From assembly GCA_965644265.1 (NCBI GenBank), contig OZ286471.1:31062001-31126000 (forward strand): a stretch of DNA of 64,000 nt, read 5' to 3'. This DNA is from Glycera tridactyla. Taxonomy: Eukaryota. Below are positions 49,816-63,102 of the stretch, piece after piece. Position 1 is the stretch's first letter. Each line of letters starts with the position of its first letter. A program made the position numbers and the translations under genes. Below the pieces are notes generated by a model. It was not told the DNA's origin and searched no databases. It saw nothing but the letters and a program-made list of their open reading frames with translations.

Positions 49816-50077
49816 CAACATAACCATGGTTAGAAAAATTACCTTCTCAAATTCTAGGGTCTCCTGCAGCTCTGTGAAAAGGCTGCCAAAGTTACTCAAA
49901 CGTTCGAGCAATAGCAGTGAGTAAGATATACATGTTTATAATACCCATATAAAACCTAACCTACATTCCTGAATACTTGCCCCAGAAATGCCGCATTTAA
50001 AACAAATGGGAGACAATGGTGATCACAACATACGCAGATATGATACAATATAATTAAAAAGATTATCTTTTACTTAC

Positions 50078-50317
50078 AATTGTTTCATTCATCTGCTGCT
50101 TCAACTTCTTGGTACTATCGTTGACTTCTTTCTTCGTCATATTCGCCTGATTGACTTCCTGCTTCAGATCTTGTGTTTGTCGTTTCAGGTCAGTTCGCTC
50201 GTCGATGAGTTTTTTCAACGTTTTCACAAGGTCGTCATCATTAATCTCTGTGTCAGGGGCTTTGATACCGGGAGTGGAGAAGGTCGTCTGAATGATGCGG
50301 CTACGAAATCGCTCCAA
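50078..50317 (-). CDS. FHAD1: FHAD1 exon (LERFRSRIIQTTFSTPG...KQQMNETI)
   Basis: atgcag| ... |gtaagt, phase 0-0; LERFRS.I motif is FHAD1-like. Confidence 0.87.
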
Positions 50318-50731
50318 CTGCATTCAGAGAATAAATGACATCTCGTCAGTCCACTGAGCAAGTCATATATACAGAACAAAGGAAACTAGTTTTCCGGGAA
50401 ATTACATTACTTTGATGTCCATCTGTAATTGACGATTGACAGTGTTGAGACAATTTGCCATTCACATCAATTGCTGAGATGATATTTCATATACCATAGT
50501 TTTCACACTTGGGATCTCAGTATAAACCTTTTGCTGCCACAAAATTGAAGAAAGGCATCTCATCAAAACAAGATTCCCCAGACTTTACAAGCTTTGAAGA
50601 ACGGTGAAATCCACCATCAAAATCACCACTGTGATCAGTCTAACCCAAGATTAAATTACGTAATTACACATACATATATTTCGAAAGGGAAGAATTTACT
50701 TTTGGTATAGAGGGTAGGGGACCTGTATTAC

Positions 50732-50839
50732 CTTTTTCGAAACTTGCTCAAGGTCAACCCGAACAGCACGCTCCGCCCTCTCAAAGTCTACTGTCCTAGA
50801 CTTTGCCAGATCAAGATCCTTCTGCACTTGGGAGAAACG
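50732..50839 (-). CDS. FHAD1: FHAD1 exon (RFSQVQKDLDLAK...VDLEQVSKK)
   Basis: cttttttcag| ... |gtaata, phase 0-0. Confidence 0.82.
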
Positions 50840-51054
50840 CTGAAAAAAGAAGATGAGAAGACCATGAGGCGGTGATCAAGCAGCAGAAAATAATCAAGAT
50901 CTATATAGAGTGAGTCATGTCATGAGAGACCACCATGTGGACAGAGCTTCAGATTGTCCTTGGGCCCAGATCCTTGTCCCTCATTTTCGCCTTTCGGGTC
51001 CACTGATATTGCCAATCATGGTTCCACTGGCCCAGAATATTTGTTCCTTCCCAG

Positions 51055-51223
51055 TCATTGGGCCCATTCGACTGGTACTTCACAAAAAATAATTACTTCA
51101 CGATCGTGAAGAAGTTACTGCCCGGAGAAAACCGGGCGTGGAGTAAAGCTTCCAGTCGAATGCAAAAGTTACTTCACGATTTTTCGTGAAGCACGAAACT
51201 GCCCAGTCGAATCGGCCCAATGA
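51055..51223. mobile_element. Small MITE with 21-bp TIR
   Basis: TCATTGGGCCCATTCGACTGG / CCAGTCGAATCGGCCCAATGA (1 mismatch), followed by (TA)n. Confidence 0.7.
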
Positions 51224-52496
51224 TATATATATATATATGAGATGACGCATCATTTTGACTTATGGCTAATGGTATTTCTAATTCCTGAGCTATATGCGCC
51301 CCTTATTCTTTCAGAAAATCTGTAGCTCTGCAAACAGTTGTACCATAGACTAGTATGTCTTATCGCAGGTTTCAGTGAGACTAACAAATGTGATCAACTT
51401 CTCAGACAAAATATTTACCAATCAACCAATCTCAGTCAGATTCTGTCCATGATATTAGAGTGGATAATCGAAAGCGGTGGTCTCTCAATTATGGGAGTCA
51501 TGTGCATCGAATGTTCAGTGAGGGTTGCATCCAGCATTTTCAGAATTGGGGGCATCTGCCTCCAAAAATTAAGAATAAAAGGGTATTTTCCCATGAATTA
51601 TTTCAAAATAGGTTTGTTTGATTCTGAGTCAATGCAATCCTCTCACTGATTAAGGGGGCACTGCGGCCCCAAGATGACTTGACAAGGGACCCAAGCTCAA
51701 AAAAAAGGGAAAAGCCTCAATGCTGCCCCTGGATGCAACTCTGACAGTGCCTATGTGACCTCTTATCTGCTTGGTCAAACCGAGTGCACGATCATCCCAA
51801 AGTAACAAATGTGAATACGAGCTATAGCTCAAAACAAAAGTAATTTAATGTAGCCATGAATGACAATATGCCACCCTTCGACTCTTGCAAAGCACTATGA
51901 CGAGAACATCAAAAAAGAGTGTCTTTGTATGAGAAGTTTGGTGAGTCCATCCTAAATGATCCACGATACAATTATAGTGCTACTGACGAAAACCAATTTC
52001 ACCACTGAAACTTACCCCTTTGTCTTCTAATGCTGTTTTGCGAACTTTTTCAACCTCCTCCTTCAAAGAGCTAATTAGGTCAGTTTGCTCTTGTAGTCGG
52101 TTCTCGGTAGTTCTGAATTTCTGAAATTAATAGAAATCAAGCATTACACTCGAATCAAATCATTTTCCTCAAAAGGTTCTCCGTCGATATTCAATCTGGA
52201 TGATCAAAAGTTTAAGGAATCAAATCAGGGCTATCCATTAACATTCTACTTTGCCCATCCTTTGACAGGTGAAATGAAATTTGCACCAGCCGAACACTAC
52301 AATCTTCACCTGCTCTTTTCCATAGGAATATCAACTGAATTATAGGGTCAGGGACCTGCCTTTTGGGTGGCTTAGCTGATCAATTCACCAGCCCTGAATA
52401 GGGGTGCCATGTGGTGTAGTGGTAGCATCTTCACACTTGACCCAAATGTTTTCAGGCATGATTTGATTCCTGCATTTTTGCCCAGGATAATGGACA

Positions 52497-54054
52497 AACT
52501 AGAACTGTAATCCAGAGGATATACTAATGCCCCCCCCCCCGCCATCTTATTCAAGGTCATATCTCCAAGGTCACAGGGACAGAATGACATGCTCATGTAC
52601 ACCTACCGCACTTGGGTAATCCACATACCAAAAATGGAAGCTCTCGCATCAATAGCTTGGATACAATGAGTGACACAAGATTTCATGGCAATTTCGAAGG
52701 TCAAGGTCACTGGCCCAAGGTCAAAGGTCATAGGGGCAAAATAACATGCCCATGCACACCTACCCCTAATGGGTAACTGATATACCAAAAATGGAAACTC
52801 TCGCATCAATAGCTTGGACACACTAGGTGCCACAAGATTTCATGACAATTTCCAAAGTCAAGGTCACTGGCCCAAGGTCAAAAGTTGTAGGGGCAAATTG
52901 ACATGCCCATGCACACCTACCCCTCATGGGTGATTTACATAGCAAAAATGGAAACTCTCGCATCAATAGCTTGTACACACTAGGTGCCACAAGATTTCAT
53001 GACCATCTCCAAGGTCAAGGTCACTGGCCCAAGGTCAAAGATCGTAAGGGCAACATGACATGCCCATGCACACCTACCCCTCATGGGTGATTCACATAGC
53101 AAAAGTGGAAACTCTCGCATCAATAGCTTGGACACACTAGGTGCCACAAGATTTCATGACAATTTCCAAGGTCAAGGTCACTGGCCCAAGGTCAAAGGTT
53201 GTAGGGGCAAAATGACATGCCCATGCACACCTACCCCTCATGGGTGATTCACATAGCAAAAATTGAAACTCTCGCATCAATAGCTTGGACACACTAGGTG
53301 CCACAAGATTTCATGACCATCTCCAAGGTCAAGGTCACTGGCCCAAGGTCAAAGGTCGTAGGGGCAACATAACATGCCCATGCACACCTACCCCTCATGG
53401 GTAATTCACATAGCAAAAATTGAAACTCTCGCATCAATAGCTTGGACACACTAGGTGCCACAAGATCTCATGACCATCTCCAAAGTCAAGGTCACTGGCC
53501 CAAGGTCAAAGGTCATAGGGGCAACATAACATGCCCATGCACACCTACCCCTCATGGGTAATCCACATAGCAAAAATGGAAACTCTCGCATCAATAGCTT
53601 GGACACACTAGGTGCCACAAGATTTCATGACCATCTCCAAGGTCAAGGTCACTGGCCCAAGGTCAAAGGTCGTAGGGGCAACATAACATGCCCATGCACA
53701 CCTACCCCTCATGGGTAATCCACATGGCAAAAATGGAAACTCTCGCATCAATAGCTTGGACACACTAGGTGCCACAAGATTTCATGACCATCTCCAAGGT
53801 CAAGGTCACTGGCCCAAGGTCAAAGGTCGTAGGGGCAACATAACATGCCCATGCACATCTACCCCTCATGGGTAATCCACATACCAAAAATGGAAACTCT
53901 CGCATCAATAGCTTGGACACACCAGGTGCCACAAAAAATTGTTAACAGACGGACAGACGGACAGACGGACAGACGGACAGACGGACAGACGGACAGACAG
54001 ACGGACAGAGTGAATCCAGTATGCCCCCCCTACCTTCGGTTGGGGGGCATAATA
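52497..54054 (+). mobile_element. Helentron-associated element (HINE-like) with a central array of ~9 x 157-bp repeats
   Basis: CTCTCGCATCAATAGC recurs at 52641, 52798, 52955, 53112, 53269, 53426, 53583, 53740 and 53897; (GACG/GACA)n; 3' hairpin ATGCCCCCC..GGGGGGCAT. Confidence 0.85.
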
Positions 54055-54423
54055 AGTGGATCTCGATATCTGTGTGTACCTTGTTCCGAAGAACATGTGA
54101 AAAGGACTTCAATGCCCTCAGTTCACAAGGCTCGGGATATTCAATATTCAATAGAGGCAATCTTATCAAATGAGTGGATGAATTCCCCCCCCCCCCCCTC
54201 CATCCCCATCAACCCATACCCTGAATTTGGAATTAATTGGTACTGGTACCACTGAATTTCAAATATGATCTTCGAAGTTTTCTCATTTGGCAACTATAAT
54301 CTTCCTATCACTGAATTCTGGTTCTGAGAACCATCCCACAAACATTGGTAATTTCCAAAAGAGATTCCATCCACCCTAACACCGTCTCAAATTTTGAAAA
54401 TGGAAATGCCTCGTGATACTTAC

Positions 54424-54501
54424 AAGTCGCATCGCAGCAAGCTCCTTGTCTTTCACCTCCATCTCCTCATTCGTCTTCCTGCACTCCTCCATACGTTTGA
54501 A
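54424..54501 (-). CDS. FHAD1: FHAD1 exon (FKRMEECRKTNEEMEVKDKELAAMRL)
   Basis: tttgttgtag| ... |gtaagt, phase 0-0. Confidence 0.8.
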
Positions 54502-54761
54502 CTACAACAAAGATCAACACATGAAATACCAATTTCTCCATTGCGCACCACCATGGGACTTCACCATCACATCACATACCAGAAATGTTTGATGAGAGAC
54601 CACCCAGAATGTTGGCAAAAGTTGTCTTCCAAACGAGATGGTGTCTCATTTTGGGCATATGATGGTCAACAAACAGTGGTGATCTCTCTGGAGGGGGATA
54701 CTCTTGTCACAATTCATGTACTGTATCTATTCAAGCCATAATGGACAAGAGCCCATAAAAC

Positions 54762-55225
54762 GGTATCAGGACGACCGACCGACTCGCCAACCGACCGCCG
54801 CTTTTCGTTGGTCGACCGACCGACCTTATTTCCTTGACTCACCAACTTTGATGCTGGATATTTCAGCAACCACTTCACATACAACGAAGGCGAACATGGG
54901 ATTGTAGAGAACACAACTGGAAGATTCCCCGATCTAAGTTCTTAATTTTTCAATGAGTTTATCACCTCCAAATACGAGCGCAAATATACAATTTCACGGC
55001 AAACTTTCGCCATTGCGGCGGCCATCTCCCGGTGATTGATTCCCACACAGAACTCCGCCATTTATCATATTTATAACACAAAATGTGTGCGAACGATCGT
55101 GATGGTTACTGGTGAAAGTTGATGTATTTATGGCTGTATATCGACCAGGATTCGGCGTTGAGTGGCGGTAGGTTGACCCGAGAAAAGCGGCGGTCGGTTG
55201 GCGAGTCGGTCGGTTGACATGTAAT
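54762..55225. mobile_element. Element with 33-bp perfect subterminal inverted repeats
   Basis: 54774-54806 is the exact reverse complement of 55182-55214; CCATAAAAC flanks directly at 54753-54761 and 55226-55234. Confidence 0.6.
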
Positions 55226-56054
55226 CCATAAAACTTGACAAAACTGCCACATTCAAAAATCTTATAGAACTGACAAAATTCAATCAATCAAAGATTTGAC
55301 TGACTGATCAAATCTAAAAATCTAAACATAGGACTAATTCCTATCAATGCTGTGCTAGCACTCGGGTCATATTCTGTTTAGTCCATTTGGCACAAATTAT
55401 GCAGTTTCCTTCACCCAAATGCAAGAGCATGTAGCTAAATCTTTGATACATTGCTGAGTAGGTGATGATAATTTTCCGAAAAAACTGTGCTGAAGATTAT
55501 TCTATCTACTCTTTCAATTACCAGATGGCAGATGACATCTGGTAATACCCATCTTCTGCATCCATCTCAACAAAATACCAGATGGGTAAGATCTTACACA
55601 GACAGAAAAAAAATTCACTTACATTAACAATTTCAAATTTTCAATGACAATATCAGCCATCTTCCTCGAAACACCGCAGAAGATGACCAATGTTGTCACC
55701 GAAACTGTGAACTTGAGTGAAGTTATTTTCTGTCTGTGTAAGAAGATCTCACCTATTTGAATCACAATCTCTAGCCCGATGAAGGTATTTGTAGTACCTA
55801 GCATAACATCATGATGTGAACCCCAAGTACAGGCAACTAACCAAGCATTCGATCAGCATGAGCATAGCCTAATACAAAAGCTGGTGGGTGCACAGTGACA
55901 TAAAAGAATAGCAATCTTGTGTATCCTGTGAAGAAAATCCTATAAGTACATGCAGAACATACATTCCAGGTTATATTTTTCCCATGGCAGACATGTGGAA
56001 TGACTGGAGTAAATGTCAAAATGAGCCCCCAGAATTATCATTATTTGCCATATA

Positions 56055-56232
56055 CAGTCGAACCTCCTCTAAAGACCACCTCTCTTTAAAGACCACCTCC
56101 CTATAAAGACCGTCCTGAACTGCGACAGTGGTAGTATTTTCTACAGTAAATGACCTCTATATAAAGACCACCTCCCTGTAAAGGTCACTTTTTGGTGCGA
56201 CCGAAGGCGGTCTTTATAGGGAGGGTCGACTG
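56055..56232. mobile_element. Tc1/pogo-type MITE (24391 family)
   Basis: TA|CAGTCGAACCTC...GAGGGTCGACTG|TA. Confidence 0.88.
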
Positions 56233-58081
56233 TATATGAGGAAGTCACAAAGGTGATAAATTCTTCTGGTTGAGAGTTTTCTCAGAAAACCAATTCAATC
56301 AGGACCCATCTGATTGATATTTGGAGCACTCATATGTGAAAAAGAGAGAAATTTTCATGTCACAAGTGAACTTATCAAAAGAGAAATAATCAGACAAGGA
56401 GCTTCAACCATTTCCCAATTATCCTGTATGCCAACAAGTATGTGGAAATCAGCCTATGATTGAGAAGCACATCTTGCGTAATCATGCCATCAAGAAGAAA
56501 CAAATAGCAACGTGAAATGAGTGATACACCTAGAAAAATACTAAAAAGCAAAACACTGAGAAAGTCCATTCCATATTACCAAATCATATTTTTTTTAATT
56601 CAAATACAAAATTGGATGTCACATTGAAAAACATGATCAATGTCACAAGGGGCATGCAATTCCTGATTGAGAGAAAAATATACACATTAAAATTTCTCTG
56701 AATATATATGTGAACCTGTGTGATGTCCGTACTGGACGACATCAGACATGCTAATGATCGTGAAGTGATCATTTTTGGCATCAAAAATATACAAAATTGA
56801 GATTGCATCAAAGAACAGATTTATTCATTCTCAATAATCATGCAGATCGTGCAAAACTGAGATGATGATTAATGAAAGAAGTGGTCCGTTTCCTACAGCA
56901 GAACGATAGCATAAGTCACTTGAACAATCCTGCTAGGTCGTCTGATTGAGGGATACCCTCCACTTTATTCAGAAGCGCTGCAAAAAGTCTCTGGCATAAA
57001 TGACATATCTCATTGATTTTATCAACATCATTTGCTCACAGGGGTTTGCAACACAGACAATAATCAAGAGTTTGATCATGATGGATCAGAAATTTGCTTA
57101 CTCTGGAACAATTGTTGAAACAATTTTGACGATGTTTCAACTCCGCCTAGGAGTCTTGATCAAGTGATGTTACATGCGATCCGGGAAATGTCGTCAAAAT
57201 CGTTTCAACAACTGTTCCAAAGTAAGCAATTTTCGTATTCATCATGAATCATGAAAAATTTCATCTCTAAGAGTTTGATCAATCAGAAAACTCTTGGGAG
57301 TGCCAGCAGGTGATGAATGATCTATCATGTTGGAATTCTCGGCAAACTATGCATACAACTAAGTGAAAAACATCAGCCTGTCCAGTATTGATACATGAAC
57401 AATCGCACATAATCTGTGAACATATATTATGCCGAGAGTATCAATTAACATGTATGAAACCCCATTTGGAATCCATGAACATATACCGTGCCTTTAATAT
57501 TTGTTTCTCCATAATTCATTGGCATGAAAATGAAGGTGACTGGAATCTCAAGTGATCATTCGAAAATTGAGCATCAAGCAGAAATTTCCATCATTTGCTG
57601 GAGTACCTTTCACTTCATCTGAGGTAGTAGATCCTGCTATGAGACAATGGTTCTACTGTCAATTCCACTCTTTTAATTAACCCTGTTCTCCATGATCTTA
57701 TCAGTGAAAAACTTGAGCAGGGTATATTCTTCAGTGTGAAAAAGGTGTGCCTTTATGTTTTGCTTCAGTTGGTAGATATACAATTGACGAACGAATCAAC
57801 TGTCATCATATAGAGATCAGTGAAAGAAGCAGTCTGTACTCGTTAAACATGGTGACATCGCCATCAAAGGAGAGTGCCACCATTGGACACATGACTGCTT
57901 GTTATGAAGTAAAACTGAATCCGCCCCCGATTTCAAACCATGAACAATTTAACATGTGATCAGAACTCATCAAACGTGAGGAATTATGGTTGCGTCAAAC
58001 AGGGAATCACTGTTCATGCACAGCGACTCAAATCTCTATTGTAGCCCATTTCAGAATATTTCTCTTCAACACATCCACGTC

Positions 58082-60490
58082 CAAGATATTTCCAAATCAT
58101 AGCCTTCACTGAAGGCGGACCTCGTCTCAACGAAGCCAACTCAAACGCCTCGAATATATGTAACACATAGATGACCCAACTCATGCTGTGGAAATCAATT
58201 TTCAAACAAAGGTTGGATCTATCAGCTGATGCTCATCACATTTACATTTTTGTCCCCAAAATCAAGCAAGGTTGTCATCAGTCCTGATCCATTGCAGGCA
58301 TTTGTGAAGGAATGCTATGAAAGGCATCTGTGTCAAGTTTAGTGTGTGGCTAGGGGCAGCGACAATCTTTAGAAAAATCCATTTCTGAAAATCCACTTTT
58401 GTCCCAAAAGTCAATCAGCATTGTCAGGAACCCTGATCCCTGGCTGGCATTCATCAGGGAATGATATAAATTGCATCTGTACCAAGTTTGGAGTGGCTAC
58501 GGACAGCCAACATCTTTAGAAAAGTCCATTTCTGAAAAAAACATTTTCACCCTAAAACCCACCAGGCCTGTTGGGAGACCCCATCTATGGCTAGCATTCA
58601 TTAGGGAATGCTATCAAGTACATCTGTGCCAAGTATGCTGTGGCTACGGACAGCCAACATCTTCAGAAAAATCCATTTCTGAAAAACCAATTTTCACCCC
58701 AAAAGCAACCAGTCCTGTTGGGAGAACCCTATCTATGGCTAGCATTCATTAGGAAATGGTATTAAGTACATCTGTACCAAGTATGGTGTGGCTATGGACA
58801 GCCACTTTCTTTAGAGAAATCCATTTCTGAAAAACCAATTTTCACCCCAAAACCAACCAGGCCTAATGGGAGACCCCATCTATGGCTCGAATTCATCAGG
58901 GAATGCTATTACATACATCTGTACCAAGTATGGCAAGGCTACAAACAGCCACCTTCTTTAGAAAAATCCGTTTCTGAAAAACCAATTCTCACCCCAAAAC
59001 CCATCAGGCCTAATGGGAGACCCTATCTATGGCTAGCATTCATTAGGGAATGCTATCAAGTACATCTGTACCAAGTATGGTGTGGCTATGGCCAACGACC
59101 TTCTTTAGAAAAATCCTTTTCTGAAAAACCAATTTTCACCCCAAAACCAACCAGGCCTGTTAGGAGACCCCATCTATGGCTAGCATTCATTAGGGAATGC
59201 TATGAACTACATCCATGCTAAGTTTGCTGAGGCTACAGACAGCCAACATCTTCAGGAAAATCCATTTCTGAAAAACCAATTTTCACCCCAAAACCAACCA
59301 GGCCTAATGGGAGACCCTATCTATGGCTAGGATTCATTAGGGAATGGTATTAAGTACATCTGTACCAAGTATGGTGTGGCTATGAACAGCCACCTTCTTT
59401 AGAAAAATCCATTTCTGAAAAAACAATTTTGCCCCCAAAACCAACCAGGCCTGCTAGGAAACTCCATCTATGGCTAGCATTCATCAAGGAATGCTATGAA
59501 CTGCATCCATGCCAAATTTGGACTGTCTATGGACAGCCACCTTCTTTAGAAAAATCCATTTCTGAAAAATCAATTTTCACACCAAAACCAACCAGGCCTG
59601 TTGGGAGACCCCATCTATGGCTAGCATTCATTAGGGAATGCTATGAACTGCATCTATGCCAAGTTTGGTGTGGCTACGGATGGCCAACATCTTTAGAAAA
59701 ATCCATTTATGAAAAACCAATTTTCACCCCAAAACGAACCAGGCCTCTTGGGAGACCCCATCCATGACTTGCATTCATTAAGGAATGCTATGAGATCCCT
59801 CTGTATCAAGTTTGGGGTAGCTGGGTACTGAAAAACTCACCAGAAATGACCAAGTTCATTCATTTCAAAAAAGTGATTTTTTGCCCCAAAATCACCATCT
59901 CACACATATCAGTCTTTCATGGGCAATATACAATCACAGGGGATAAGGACACATGTGGAGAATCAACTGCAAACTGAACATGAATAAATCGGATCATCAG
60001 AAATAGCTCATAGATGGCTAAGTCCCATCACTTCAAAAAACCCAATTTTCATCCCAGAATTAATCAAGCAGAACACTGGGATGCTACCTTGATGATGGCT
60101 GGATTCATTAGCAGATGTACTGAAGTATATGCATGCCAAATTCCATGGAGCTGGGCACTCTAGTTGCTGAGCAATGTGACTTTAACATGACTTCAACATT
60201 GCCCCCAATGACAGAGTCCCATCACTTCAGAAAACACAAGTTTCAACCCAAAATTAGTTAAGCAGAACATTGAGATGGCACCTTGATGGTGGCTGGATTC
60301 AATAGCAAATGTACTGAAGTATATGTGTGCCCAATTATATGGAGCTAGGCCCTCTAGTTGCTGAGCAATGGGACTTCAACATGACCTTAACGCTGACCTT
60401 AACGCAGATGAGGACGCCGACGCCGACGCTGACGCCGACGCCGGAGTGACCGCAATCCCTCCCCTCAACTTCGTTGAGACGAGGTAAAAA
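58082..60490 (+). mobile_element. Second Helentron-associated element with ~10 x 147-bp and 2 x 194-bp repeats
   Basis: ATTTCTG period of 147 (one 148) from 58381 to 59705; (GACGCC)n near 60414-60442; 17-bp inverted repeat ACCTCGTCTCAACGAAG 58119-58135 / 60469-60485; 5' hairpin GCCTTCACTGAAGGC. Confidence 0.8.
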
Positions 60491-60618
60491 CGGGGTTCCC
60501 AAGAAAAGTGGAACTGATGGTAGCTACTTGTTGGGCATTCAAACCATCAATATGTCTTGATAAAATCGTACGCAACTGAGTACATGCACACACACAGACA
60601 TGCACATGAATGCACGTA

Positions 60619-61067
60619 CACACACATTTTTTTTAGTGATAGAAATCATGTCAGAGACATATTTCCAGATTGTACTGGCAACAGGTCCATGAAATGTGTT
60701 CCAAATGCCCAAATTATTTTTTGGCTTGTATGGGATTTGAACCATCAACCTTCCAGTTTGGCACCCTCGCCAGCAACAAACTGCCAACGCTCTTGTCCTC
60801 TGCCCCACGGCCGATCCACAAAAATGGATCTGCAATGGAGGCAGTCAAGCCAGAGCGCTGGCAGTGTGTTACCCCCAGAGGTCAATGTATCACGAAACCT
60901 GGCACTCACATTCACACACATTTTTTTAGTGATAGAAATCATGTCAGAGACATATTTCCAGATTGTACTGGCAACAGGTCCATGAAATGTGTTCCAAATG
61001 CCCAAATTATTTTTTGGCTTGTATGGGATTTGAACCATCAACCTTCCAGTTTGGCACCCTCGCCAGC

Positions 61068-61071
<4 letters not shown>
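60619..61071 (-). repeat. Near-identical ~160-bp direct duplication of a tRNA-SINE-like head
   Basis: 60619-60778 matches 60914-61071; minus-strand B-box GGTTCAAATCC; A-box-like TGGGGCAGAGG upstream of the first copy only. Confidence 0.65.

Positions 61072-61151
<80 letters not shown>
61069..61151. repeat. (CA)n microsatellite
   Basis: Direct reading. Confidence 0.98.
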
Positions 61152-61153
<2 letters not shown>

Positions 61154-61974
61154 ACACACGACACAGGAATTCTGTTTCACCACACCCAAAGCTGGTAACA
61201 TCATATAAAGAGGGACCTGTCATGAGTAAACTATATTCCTTCAAAAACAATTTGGTGCTCATTGATATATTCGCAAAGGAATGATAGAAAATTGTCCTAG
61301 AAATTTTGCTTGCTCATTACAAGATCCACAGAAAATGCACATTCATGGCCAAATATTGACGGTCAAAACCATGCAAGCATGCATGACAGACAAGAGACAT
61401 TTAGAATGGTTTCTTGCCAATAGAGCTATGTCCATTTCATTGCAAATCCCCATTCCTGTAATGAACACACTGCCATCACACACAATGGGAGGGACGGATG
61501 GGGGGCAAGATATATTGAAGAGCAAACAAATCTGGCGATAGAAGACTGGGAAGTACACACAGCACAGAAAGTAGCATAGCCACGGGGATAGCATATTGGT
61601 CTTACCACAGCCTCCATCTGTACGTGTAAATATCCACAGATGTTGAAAATGACCAGAGGTGATTGTAAGAAAAACAGCATAATGTTGATTAGATGAGAAG
61701 GGAGAAAATGTTGCGGGCTCATGGGTCAAAGCGAGATCAGCCATAAACAGTTGAACCTCCTCTAAAGACCACCTCTCTAATAGCCATGCTGAGCTGCGAC
61801 CGTGGTAGTATTTTCAACAGTGAATGACCTCTCAATAGAGACCACCTCCTTTAAAGATCATAAAGGCAGTCTTTATAGAGAGGTTTGACTATAAATTGCA
61901 GGAAAACAGGTTTGTTCTTCACACAGGGTGAGCACGCACTATCAATTCACGCCTTCAAGTGAGAGAACAGTGTA

Positions 61975-62157
61975 CAGTCAAACCTGTCTACAAAGACCAC
62001 CCTTCGCCACATCATGAAGTGGTCTTCGTAGAGGGCTGTTCTTTGTTGATAGGTCACTTATTGTAGAAAATGCTATCACTGTCCCCACTTTTGCTGGCCT
62101 CCATAGGCTGGCCTTTGCATATATGCAAATAGATTGTCTCTCAAGCAGATTCAACTG
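61975..62157. mobile_element. Tc1/pogo-type MITE, diverged
   Basis: TA|CAGTCAAACCTG...CAGATTCAACTG|TA. Confidence 0.7.
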
Positions 62158-63009
62158 TAATATGCATTAGTCAATAACGTCAGATAAAAGTATAGTCTGA
62201 CAGCATAAAGGAAAGCCCAGATTGAACACATCAAACCATAAGATATGAGATAGTCTTCTATGTTAGCCAAACGCCATAGTATGCTCTACCACCATCACAA
62301 AATATAATTCATTCATTCAACACATCTAGAATGTCAGGAAAGGTTAAAAGACTCTTTCATGGGAATAAACTGGAGTCAAAGTCAATGCCCTATATTGAAA
62401 ACAATTATGACATGTTATTTGTCATACATCAGGTGATCGGAAATAGTACATAATTCTTTGGGTTAATACATGTCATTAAACTCCACCTAATTGAGTTTAC
62501 CATTTATCACATGGTAAATATCAATTCTACAGTAAAACCTATGATGGAAGACTGCCCCAAATGTCAACTAAATATGGTCTTACAAAAACATATGGTCTCA
62601 TAACATATACTTGAACATGTCACAAGGAATAGAGCCTCTTAAAACAGGTAGTCTCTTGTCAGCGGGGCTTTCATTGCAGATTCCTATGTATTTGCCAGAT
62701 TTCACTTGGCTGGAATGAATATCAGTCATATGGGATAGTCAGAATGAGTACTATATGCCAGAAGAGTGAGTCAGAATCAGTACATGAGGAGTCCCCAAAA
62801 TGTCCGGTGTGCGCGATATAATCACATTCATTTTCTCAGAGTAATGAGAATGAATGTGAGAGGGTAATTCTAGCCATAAAGGCATCGCTATCAGTTAGGG
62901 TGTCTAAGGTATACTAGAAGTGCATTCTAGTTACCATACAATATCTTGGCAGTAAAAAAGGAAAGAATCCTAATTCATTTGATGATACACAAAAAAGTAA
63001 TTAACTCAC

Positions 63010-63102
63010 CTTGGTTTGCATGGATAACAACTGAGTGTCTTTTTCACCGATTTCTTTTTTGAGGCTTTCTATCTCTCTACTCAACCGACTGACTGTTGTG
63101 TC
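63010..63102 (-). CDS. FHAD1: FHAD1 exon (DTTVSRLSREIESLKKEIGEKDTQLLSMQTK)
   Basis: gttttgcag| ... |gtgagt, phase 0-0. Confidence 0.82.

Noticed and set aside
52603-53935. Tandem arrays read as CRISPR or as coding repeats (also 58381-59851)
   Set aside because: Contiguous 157/147-bp monomers with no unique spacers, no cas genes, and a eukaryotic context.
60700-60815. tRNA gene on the minus strand
   Set aside because: A/B-box-like motifs are present but the acceptor stem does not pair; treated as a SINE head.
60745-61284. ORFs with poly-(HT)/(CV); also ORFs spanning N-runs and the (ATA)n tract
   Set aside because: Microsatellite or gap artefacts.
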